Shown here: positions 1 through 11,559 of the stretch, in pieces
How positions within the stretch are numbered: position 1 is the stretch's first letter
How the letters are laid out: each line of letters starts with the position of its first letter
Source: Paraspadella gotoi
Lineage: Eukaryota > Animalia > Chaetognatha
DNA length: 64,000 nucleotides
Direction: 5' to 3'
Assembly: GCA_051294375.1 (NCBI GenBank)
Contig: CM119266.1
Location: 14,840,542-14,904,541 of the forward strand
Translations under genes and position numbers: made by a program
The notes under the pieces: generated by a model
Databases searched by the model: none
What the model was told of the DNA's origin: nothing
What the model saw: only the letters and a program-made list of their open reading frames with translations

Positions 1-154
1 TCAAGGTTGAATATATTTAAAATATTGAAACTAAGCGATTAAAATATTTTAATTATATATTTATAAACATGATTCAGTGTAAATCCTATCTTTTTGTTGT
101 GTTTGAATACTAGAAAAACGAAAATTTGTTTGTTTTGACGACTTTATTTTAAGA

Positions 155-485
155 GAAAACAAGAATGGTAATTCAAATATGTTGCGCTGCAGTGACTGCA
201 TTATTACGTGTATTTCTCATGACATATCATGACATGACGTGATATGACTACAATAACTTTTTTAGCACATGTATTTCTGACACTCATTGCATCGGAATTT
301 TGTTTTTTATTCTTTATAGTTTTAGGATTTCCCGAAGGCGTCGCTAGCAGTCTCTTAGATTATATGTTTTTTCCTGTCTTGACAAATGAGCAACCAACTA
401 TGAGCATTTTTAAGGTAAGTGGGACAAACCGACGGACAGACATACCGACCAAAAAGTGACATATAGAGTCATGTTTTGACTCTGT
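155..485. mobile_element. Diverged second copy of the same HINE-like family
   Basis: Shares aaaacaag..gttgcgc, acaaatgagcaac, gtaagtgggaca, gacggacagac and ccgacc..aaaagt..tatagagt with 5073-5333. Confidence 0.55.
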
Positions 486-1274
486 TTCGAGTCTTCATAA
501 GCTCGTTGTCAAAACAAAAAATTTTCGTTTTCTACTATTTGTAAACATATTTCTAAATAAATTGTTAATTTATTGAGTTTTTTATATTCAAACCATGAGA
601 AGAAATACAGGGCTACACGTTTAAACCTCATTTTTTTTTGCAGCATCAGTTGCATTGAAATCATATAAAACATTTTAGATATAAAATTGATATATTTTTC
701 TAATTAGACGTTGTTTGATGATGCATGGTTCATTATTTTACTTCAAATTTTCGTTGGTTTTTCTGAATCTGACATGAACCCCTGATGTTCATTAAACATA
801 GAATTAAGTTAAAATAGGTTTTGGTAATAATAAATACGTTTTTCCAATGAATGAACATTTATAAAACTGTTTAAAACTAAAAGAAATTACAAAATTGAAC
901 AATAATTTTTAACCATTTTTTGCCCCAATAGGGGACCCCATTTGGGGCCCAATATCGGTCAAATATCATATGTAACATATTTCAACATATTGGTCTAGTT
1001 GTTATTCCGGAACTGCTTCTTGGCTAAAAAAATTGCGTATAATTTTTTTTATGAAGCCTTCTATATATCATTTAGATTTTAATATGCAAATCAATTTAAG
1101 GTGATATTTGATAAAATGAGAAATAATAACATATGGCAGTGAATGAATACATAACAAAAAGATTGGATGGAACAAATTAGCTAATAAAAAAATTAACAGA
1201 AATTAATACTTTAATATTATACATTATGACATTATTTATAACTATTGTTTAAAGTTTTAAACATTTTTTTACAG

Positions 1275-4200
1275 AAAATTCAACAAATGAAATTCATGAA
1301 AAATTAAACATTATTGATCCAAAGCTTGATAAACTAATTCTCAATGATGGTAAGTCGTAATAACTGGAAACAAGTCTTAATCTTTAATAAGAATTTATAC
1401 TTTTTAGGTAATACTACATCATGCTTACAGATATTGGATATACTTTATCAAGTATCAAATAAAATTGTTAATCTATCAGAAAATCAAGGTAATACATCTT
1501 ATTACTATACAAATTGATTTTTAAAAAAAATTATTTAAAAACTATTTCATTCAGAAAATATAACCTCGGATCTTGACAAATTGACAAATGAAATCCAAGT
1601 TAAAATGAATGTTATTGTTCCAAAAATAGATCAGCTAATTCTTAATGATGGTAAGAATTAAGATGTTAATATTTGTTAGATGTTATGAGATAATAAAATA
1701 TGTTAAATTGATACTTTTTTAGCAAATAATTCTTCACATTTACAATTGATGGATTCAATACATCATGTCTCAAAAACAATAGATATATTATCCACCAATC
1801 AAGGTCAGTTTTTTTTTTTGATTTTTTATACTACAATGCCGTAATTTTGAGCGAGATACTGATTAAAATTTATAGAAATATTATCTCTTACAGAAAATAT
1901 AACACGGGATAATCAAAATTCTACTGATGTAATTTACAGAAAAATGGATACTATCTTTTCCATATTGGATGAGTTAATTTTCAATGATAGTAAGCAATAA
2001 TAATTACTGGAAATAAATAAATATAAAAATAATCATTTTTATTTTTCAGGAAATACTACTTTTCATTTTCAATTATTGGATTCAATATACAAAGTACAAA
2101 ATGAAGTTATATTTTTCTCAAGAAGTCAAGGTTAAACATCCTTTGCTGCTGATGAGAAGAAACAATCAGCAGCTTTAGAATTAATATATTTTAAAAAAAA
2201 ATATATATATATTTTTGGTATATCTTTATTTGAGACTGATTCGGATTTGTTCTTAGGAAAAACAAAAATAAAAAAATACGATGGTCGCATACACAATTGT
2301 CTAAGCTACTTTTTTATTGAGTAGCTTTTTTTTATACATAACGTTTACATTTGCAAAATATCATGCAAAATTTCAACTAACTGGAGAATACATGAAAAAG
2401 CTATCCAGAAAAAAACAATACAGCATCACCAACATTGCCCAATCATACCTGATTTCAATAATCCTTCCATTGTCTAGGAAAGAACACAAAAAGCTACTGT
2501 AAGACAAAAACGGTATATGCATTAGAGATTTGTTGAAATAGTATACTAGCAGTCGCCCGGGAGAAGGCCTAAACAAAGACTGGGGCGACTATGTTAATAC
2601 CGACGCCTTGCAATCAGTGTTTCAAGACTAGTAAAGAGGGAGGAGAGTGCTGAATCATTTTGGGACCTTGCTTATGTCATTAATTTTATGGCTAATTTTA
2701 TCTCTCTCTTGCACTCACTTTCACTCTTTCCATTTTTTTATTGCTGTTATTAATACAAATTTTTAAAAAAATATTTCTTGCCACTGAAGATGACATAGAA
2801 AGCATGTTGAAGTATTCAACATTCAATTTTTGTCTTTTGCACTTTTTCTTCTTCATGAAAGTAATAAACTTATATAGGATAAAGTACTTTTAAACATTGG
2901 TTTTGAATAAATTAAGTCAATATCTGTTCAAAAGATTAGGTTTTTAAAAAAAAACTATAATATTTTAATATTTAAACTAAATAGAAAACTTTAATATCGC
3001 TCTAATATTAAACCAAAAAAATTATTCAAGGCATATCAAAATTACTAAAATTGATATATGTTTTAATTAACTTATCTATAAAAAGAAATGATTGGATGTA
3101 ATAAAAGTAAAATTAGTTGAATAAAAACTATCAGAAATTAATCCTTATAGTGTGCACTGTACTTATTGTTCTTTCACATGTGATTAATATAAAATAACTA
3201 AATTTTTAAATATTTTTTACAGAAAATTTAACAATGGATATTCAAAAATCAACAAATAAAATTCATGAAAAATTAAACAACATTGATCCAAAGCTTGATG
3301 AACTAATTCTCAATGATGGTAAGCAACGATAATAACTAAAAAGTATACAAACATTTTGAATTTTTTTTAATACTATTTGTATTTTCAATAAATAGATTTA
3401 ATCTGTCACTATCAAATACCACTATTATTTAATCAAAAAATCCGAGTAAGATTTATTATTACTAATAAAAAGGAATAATTTATATACAATATAATTTTTT
3501 AACTTTAAAAAGAAATTGAAATACATATTTTTTATCTACTTGAAAGATAAAGCAATTTTTTATTATACAGAAAATATTACTTTGCATTTACAATTATTGG
3601 ATTCAATACATCAAGTATCAAATAAAATGAAAGAATTATCAGTCAATCAAGGTAAGATTAAATTTCTTTTTGAATGAATTAATTTCTAATTCAAAGACTT
3701 ATAATAGGTACATGATATTAATTATATGAAATTGTTTCATACAGAAAATATAACTTTGGACCAACAAAAATCTTCTGCTGAAATTCATAAAAAAATAAAT
3801 TCAATGGTTCTGAAATTGGAGGAGTTAATTTTCAATGATGGTAAGCAGAAATAGCTGAAATCACTGAAATCTTATTTCTTTTAATGGCAAAACGATGAAT
3901 GATTGTGATTCTAAAGAAAGTATTACGATAAGTCTGATTCATTTACTTTGGAAAAGATATTGCTTTAAAAAATAATTCATGTATTTGAACACTATTAAAA
4001 ATATTTGTAAAAATATATTACTTTTATTACCTTTTAATATGAAATATAACCAAGGATAATCAAAAATCTACAAAATAAATTTGGGAAATGCTGATTGTTT
4101 TTTATCCAAAAAAACTAGTTCTTAATGATGGTAAGAAATAAAGAAAGAAGTGTTGTAGGAGATTTTATAGGTTCACCCTGCCTATAAGCATTAAGGCGGG

Positions 4201-7200
4201 CCAAAATTGAACACTTTTTATAACTTCTAGTTCTCTCAAAAATTTTTTTTTCCTTCTATTACTAAATCGATTTTCAATGCAACTTTTTGAATTAGTTCAT
4301 TGGGTTGTTGCACTGAAGCTTTTAAATATTTATTAATATATAACAAATTAGAAAATTCAAAATTTCAACCTGTTGCAGCATGACATCTTCATTGTACCGC
4401 TTTCAATCCCAAACCGGTATCTATCCTGTGGGAAGCCTGAGGATGGCCGTAAATCATTTTGGGGGCGTGGAAAACCCTCAAGCCTGGTTTCAAGCCCAGG
4501 ACCCGTTCCATGGCTGCTAGAGGGGGTTAAAGAATTCGCGCATTCTGCCCATTTAGAATTATTAAAGATTTATTTTTTACCATTTTTATACTTTAATTGA
4601 CAGAGGTTTTATATTTGAAGTAGATGAATTAGATGTATTAAGTAACAAAAAACCACAAATAAAAAAAATTATGAAAAAAAATAATAGTGTTCTCGATACT
4701 GACATTCTTAATGTAGAAAACATCACATGGAATATTGTTATATCAAAAAATGAAATTCAAGAAAAATTGGCTGTTATTGTTCCTAAATTGGATGAGCTAA
4801 TTCTCAAAGATGGTAAACCACTTTGCAAGGAAAATCAATTAATAAAACTTTTATAATATTGTTTATATTCTTTAGGAAATAAAACTTTTCATTTTCAATT
4901 ATTGGATTCAATACTCGGAGTACAAAATGAAGTTATTACTTCATCAAAAAAACAAGGTTTGATATTATGTTATCTTTAATGATTCATGGTTTAGTTAAAA
5001 ATATTAAAGAAGTGAATATAAAGAATTTTAGAAGCTTTTAAAAAACCTATTGTTTTTCATTAATTTAACTTTAAAACAAGGTGTTGCGCCGCATTACTTT
5101 TCTTTTTACTTATCATGTTATTTATTCCTTATAGTTTATAAGATTTCTTTAAAAACAAAAGACGGCGCCAGTAGTCGCTTAGATTTGATTTTTAACAAAT
5201 GAGCAACAAGATATTAGTATTTTTAACGTAAGTGGGACAGTCCAATGGACAGACAGACCGACCGACCGATGGACCGACCGACCGAAAAGTAACTTATAGA
5301 GTTGCTTCGCGAGTACTCGCGGCGCAACTAAAAATCAAAGAAAATATTTTTTGAAAGCTTTTAAAATTATTTTGAGTGTGTCTAATATTTTTACAAAGAC
5401 AAAATATATTTTAAAACAAAAATTTAATTTTCAGAAAATATAACAATGTATAATTTGGAATCAACAATGCAAATTCAAGAAAAATTAAATGTCCTTGATC
5501 CAAAACTTGATACACTAATTCTCAATGATGGTAAGTAATGAGCAACAACAAATACACAAGTTTAAGCAATATCGCCTGTGCCCAGAATTTATTAGCTATG
5601 ATAATGGATAATAGTAATTCTCTTTCATTCTAAATCTTTCTCTCGCTCTATCTTAATATTTATTGCCTTATTATTTTTTTTTCACTTGGCAATGATGGAT
5701 TACTACTCAAAACAATTTTGAAAAAAGAAAATTATTTCAATATATAAAAAAGTTATTCTTTTTAGGTAATAATACCTTACATTTACATTTAATGGATTCA
5801 ATATATCAAACATCAAAGAATATTGATAGATTATCAAAAAATCAAGGTCATAACTTTTTTATCTTTTAAATACTAATGTAAATGTAATTTAAATTAATAT
5901 TAAAGTTAATAAATTTGACTTATGCAGAAAATATAACATCGGATAATAAAAAATCAAATGATGAAATACAGGAAAAATTGGATGATATGGTTCCAAAGTT
6001 GGATGAGCTCATTCTTAATGACCATAAGCAGTTTTATTTAATGGATGAAAATGAACAAAATATCAGAACAAAAAGGTTCATATTTTTTTAGGAAATAGTA
6101 CTTCCCATCTTCAATTAATCGATTTAATACATGGACTGAAACACGAAGTTATTATATTATCAAAAAATCAAGGTGAGATATTAATATGATGTAATAATAT
6201 TGAACTAATGCGCGAAGAAAACACAGCCTCATGTTTCCATGGGGGCCCATTTCATCTTAATTTGGGAATTAAGTTATTTTTTATGTTTAAAGATTAGTTT
6301 AAAGGTCTGGGTAAGGGTTTAGGTTAAGGAATAAGATTGGGAATTAGGTTAATGATTAGGGTTAGGGATTAGGGTTAAGGACTTAGCTTTAGAGTTAGGG
6401 GTAAGGTTTAAAAATTTGTATTTAAAGTTTAAGGTGAGGGTCAAAGATTAGGTTAAAGCGAGGGATCAGGGATAGGAATTAGGGATCAGTGTTAGGAATT
6501 AGAGATTAAGAAACAGAAAGGGGCACTTTTTCACAATAAATAATGGAAATTCATGCAAAGTAAAGAAATCTCTTTACCACTTAAATAATTGTACATTTAA
6601 AATTTCAACTGAAGCACTAAAGCACTATATTGCATTAAATTTTTAAAAATGTTGTCACAACTTTAATATGTTTATTTCAGCAAATATGACAATAGATAAT
6701 CAAAAATCAGCAAAGGAATTACAAGAAAAATTAAGTATTATTGAGCCAAAGCTTGATGAAATAATCCTCAATGATGGTAAGGAATTATTTATAATTTATA
6801 AACTAAAAAAATTATTTCTATAAAATTAATTAAGATAATGAATCCAGTAAAATGATATTAAATGTCATTAAAAGACTTTACATCCAAAGCGATTGAAAAT
6901 TCATATCATGAAATCTAGCAACTATTAAAAATTATGGTTTTAAAATTGGATGAGCTTATTTTTAATGATGGTAATGAATTATCGAAAAATGCTTTTAAAT
7001 AAAATGTCTGTTAAATAAATAAGGTTGGAAAATATGACAAATCATATTCAAAATTATGTGAATACTTTCTTTAAAATGTTTTTAAAGGTAATTAAATGAT
7101 TTTATTCAGAAAATACATCAAGGGCGATTGAAAATTCAAAATATGAAATCCAGAAACTATTAAATGAGACAGTTCTAAAATTGGACGAACTAATTTTTAA

Positions 7201-10200
7201 TGATGGTAAGGAATGATCAATATATGCTTAAAAAAATCGCGAAAATTAATTTTTTAAAAAATTGGTTTTCTCTAGGAAATAACTCTTTGCATTTTCAACT
7301 AATGAATTCAATATTTCAAGTATCAGTTAAGATTGATAACTTATCAGCAAACCAAGGTAAGACTCCGTTTTTCTATAAATAAATTGAATATTTTTTCAAA
7401 TATTATCAAAATATTTATTTTTTCATGTCCTCTTGAAAATAGGATTATTTCTCTATTTATTTATTTATTTATGTACATTCTATGTACGCAAAAGCATCTA
7501 GTCCAAGGTATATACTAATTTAAAAAAAATTTAAACAGCAAATATAACAACTGAATTTACCTATGAAATGCGTAAAAAATTGGATATAATTATTCCAAAA
7601 TTGGATGAGCTTATTCTCAATGATGGTAAGAAGTAATGATTGAATAAAAAAATAATATATACAGATATATTGTCGTAACATATATTTTCGTTTCGTTTTA
7701 AATGAAGAATTTGTTTTGTTCACAAACAACAAACTGACAGATATATAAAAAATTATCTATATAAATAATATATATTTGTGACGTTTTTTATCTTCAGGAA
7801 ATCATACTTTTCATTATGAAATAATGGATTCAATACTAGGTGTACAAAATAAAACTATCAATTTGTTTAAAAATCAAGGTGAGAGAATGTATAATCGCTT
7901 TCAATTTATTATTAGCCCCTAAAAAATGAACCTGAAAGTATCCTAAGTGTATATTGATTTAAAATAATTTTATTTCCAATAGAAAATGTATCCCTGGACA
8001 ATCAAAAATCAATAGTGGAAGTGCAACAAAAATTGGATATTATTTTTCCAAAACTTGATAAATTGATTCTTAATGATGGTAAGATTTAGAAAAATATATA
8101 CGAATATTAATTACCAATGTATGTGGTGTGTACCACATAACACACGCGCACTATGTAACCAACACACCCTATGTTGCAGTTCAACTTTAGTATATGACTA
8201 AAACTTTACGGATTTCTGTCTAATAACATAATTTAAATTTAAAAATTAAAATTAAATCTTATAACTCATTCGTCTTAAAAACTAGAAAATAAAATTATTT
8301 AAAAATAGAAAATTAAAAGTAATTGAAAGTTTAAGAAGAATAACAATAATTGATTACAAATAAACCCAACTGGAAAATATAGTAAATAATAAAAATGTTG
8401 TGGTAAGGCAACATAAAATTAGACAAATGCCATAAGTTTAAATTGGGAGTCAATATCGAGTTAAAGTTTTGAAGGAATATTACTTTTAGAGTTGAAAATC
8501 AATGAAACGATGTTTTATTTTTTGTAGAAAACTTGACTTCGGAAAACCAACAATCATCTGAGAAATTTATTGAAAAATTATCCATGATTGCGTATAAGCT
8601 GGAATATTTGATTGAAAACGATGGTGAGATAAAATCAAAATATTTTATACCTTTGATGTATATGTAAAACTGTTTGTAATTTTTAAGGAAATAATACGTT
8701 TCATATTAAAATGATGAATTCGATAATTGAAGTTCAAAATGATATTGGTAAGTTATCTATAAATTATGTCGTGAATAAACAATTAACTGACATATGAACG
8801 CTTTCAAGCTCTCTCTTTTTGTTTTACCTAATAAAAACGGTCATTGAATCTCTCCAACTCTTCGCTCTTTCCTAACAGTTCCTCAAATTGTATGCATCTT
8901 CTTTTGCTAATTATCTGTCAATATTTTCAAAAAGCACCCAATTTCTGCCAATATTTAAAATTAGACTAGTTTTTATGGTTGAATAGGCGGGGGATACGCG
9001 ATTAAGTTGCCTAATTTAATCCCTAAGGTGAGGGATTATGGAGAAAAGTTTTCTGGAGTTTTCTTTATTAATTTTTAAATATACAAAAAATATATTTATT
9101 ACTTTCTGATTTATTTTCTAAGGTAAGTAAAATAGACGCTATGTGGGGTTTTAAAAGTGATTATACTCTTCTTCTTCTTTCTCAGAAAACGTAACTTTTG
9201 TTAATCAAAACGCGGTGAGCAAAATTCAAGAAAGATTGGATTTTATTGATCCCAAACTTGATCAATTAATTCTTAACAATGGTAAGAAATTCATAAAACT
9301 TTTACTGTGTATTTCATTTTTAAAGTAGTAATATATATATGATTATGCTTTATTGATTTTTTTTCTTACTTGATGCTTTAGTAGATCATGTAATGCTAAT
9401 TAAAAAAAATTTCATTATCTGGATTTAGTATTTAATAAATGGTAAAATAAATCAAATTATTACACTTGTATCTTCAAGAATTAGTACATTGTTTCTATTT
9501 TGTTACAGAAAACATGACATTGGATAATCACAAATCATCAGTTGAAGCTCAGAAAAAATTAGATATCATTATTCCTAAGCTGGATCATTTCATTTTAAGT
9601 GAGGGTAAGGATTTATAATACTCTTAAATAATAATAATAATAAATATTTAAAAAATCGGAATTACGAGGATTATCAAACTAAAATAATTCTATGGATATT
9701 TCTTTCAAGGAAATAATACGTTCCATTTAAAAATAATGGATTCAATATCAGAAGTTCAAAATGAAATCAGTGAATTGTCTAAAAATCAAGGTAAGACTTG
9801 AAGACTAGATTGAAATTATTATTTATTTTTTTCTACAAGCTACTATTTATTTATAATACGCAAATAGAATAGAATTTTAAAATTTTAAATTTTTTTTCAC
9901 GTTTTTAAAATATATTTGAATTTTTTGTGAGAATTTAAGATTAAGAACATCATTCGTTTATAGATTTAAACTAATATAAAATTCCCAAATTTTAGGTTCG
10001 GTACTGTCGTCTTTAAACACTTTACAAAATCAATCTGTAGAAGATTTAGAATTGTCAACGGACCATCGAAATTTGTTAAAAAATGTCAGTCTTAAAGTAG
10101 ATGCAATCATACAACCAGAAGGTCAGTGTTGAAAGAACTTCGTCCTTTTTTCTCGCGTGAACAATATAAAAAAAAACTATTTGAAATCTTCTCTCTCCCA

Positions 10201-11501
10201 GTGGACTGTAGAAACTCTTCTGTTGCTGAGGAACTCAACCTAAAAATAGCTGACCTTGTCGCCCAAGTGGCCAAACTCGAAACAGGAAGCCCCACCGCTG
10301 AGACGCCTGTGCGCGAAATCATACTTTGTGAGTTTTCGCGTTATAAGCTCTCACAATCATCAATTATGATATCGAATGAGATATATTTATTTATTTATTA
10401 ATTTTCTTAGTATAAGATATTTTTAAAAAAAACTTAAAAGTGTTTAACACTTTCTTTTCAATTTGTAATTTGAAGTAATATTCATAAGAATTACAACGAG
10501 TCACCATTTAATGTCGAATTCATGGACAGCCTCGTCGGCGTCGCGGAAGTTCCGCCTCCTCTTTCCCGACAAACGTGTTGTTGAAAAACCGATGCTGCTT
10601 GTGTCCACATTCTCCGGGTCAGCGTCCTTTGAATACGCATACTTCGATGGGTCGAGCACCGTCACCAAGTCCGCCAACATTGATGACACCGCGAGAATCG
10701 TAAGATGAACTATTTCAATCGTCTCCTCATTGATGAACAGGAGCAAAATGCTTCAATTTTCATTGAGAAAGAAAATGATTTTTATTAGAAAAGGAAGTTT
10801 GCTCCCTTTATGACACGAAGATGGCCAGACAGCGAATTCAATTTACTGTTATTAATGGGCGATAGAACTCCAACGAGATTTTACGTCCAACAGAACTTTT
10901 TTTTACTATTAATAGATTGACAGCCGCTAGAGTGTTCTTACAATCGACCAACCAAAATCACTCACTGCTAAACATTCAAAAGATCTATGAAAGTTCCCTA
11001 CCAGTTTTTCTTTTAAAAGGCTCAACAAAAGTTGAATATGAAAACTTTATATTTTTACGTAGATGCCAGAACTCATCTTCAAGCTTTTCTCCTTATGGTA
11101 AGGCCGATGGCGACTTCAGCCTGGTCGAGTCGGTCCTCATGACTGACGCCGGTCTTCAAGCTAACAAAGTCGTCAGTGTGACATCAGAAGATTCCGACGT
11201 CCATGTCATCGGAATAAATCCGGGCGGAGACGGGGATGGCTTTCTCGCTCTTCCGCTCAATACTTGGGGTTGGTAATCCGCATTGACAACGATATATGCA
11301 AAATATCAAACTTAAAATTTTTGCAATATTACAAGCATTAATAACGTCACAATCAACAGGAACTTCGTACCGAGTGCCTTCTTATGATCCTTCTTATGAT
11401 CCTGCTCCGTCATTTGGTTTCACCTCTCAATTTTCGGTACGAATCTTACCTGAACCTCCGGTAACCTTACTTTACCTTACCTTACCTTCGGGTTGCACTT
11501 T

Positions 11502-11559
<58 letters not shown>

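Larger units (their letters stand above)
1275..9790 (+). repeat. Tandem array of duplicated symmetric (phase 1-1) coding exons, types A and B
   Basis: Type A is 96 nt (ENIT...IxxKLxxIxPKLDxLILND-G): 1275-1349 (75 nt), 1555-1650, 1894-1989, 3223-3318, 3745-3840, 4717-4812, 5435-5530, 5928-6023 (AT donor), 6681-6776, 7110-7205, 7539-7625 (87 nt), 7983-8078, 8528-8623, 9186-9281, 9509-9604. Type B is 81 nt (GNxTxHLQLMDSIxxVxNxIxxLSxNQ): 1408-1488, 1723-1803, 2050-2130, 3571-3651, 4876-4956, 5766-5846, 6092-6172, 7276-7356, 7798-7878, 8688-8747 (60 nt), 9710-9790. All lengths are multiples of 3 with AG acceptors, and all but one have GT donors. Confidence 0.93.

Noticed and set aside
2144-2173. 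CTGATGA...GAAA motif suggesting a third hammerhead
   Set aside because: No stem II or III can form. It is a simple hairpin gctgctgat/atcagcagc.
6024-6091. U12-type AT-AC intron
   Set aside because: The donor is ATAAGC rather than ATATCC and the intron ends in AG. It is a mutated GT donor.
1275-9790. Regularly recurring motifs (ctcaatgatggtaag, aatcaaggt) resembling a CRISPR-like repeat-spacer array
   Set aside because: They are exon 3' ends plus GT donors of duplicated coding exons. Spacing is irregular, the context is eukaryotic and there are no cas genes.
10511-10529. ATG at 10511 as the start of a separate FCGBP-domain gene
   Set aside because: No signal peptide follows, and an acceptor giving an exon start at 10530 is phase-compatible with the upstream exon ending at 10327.
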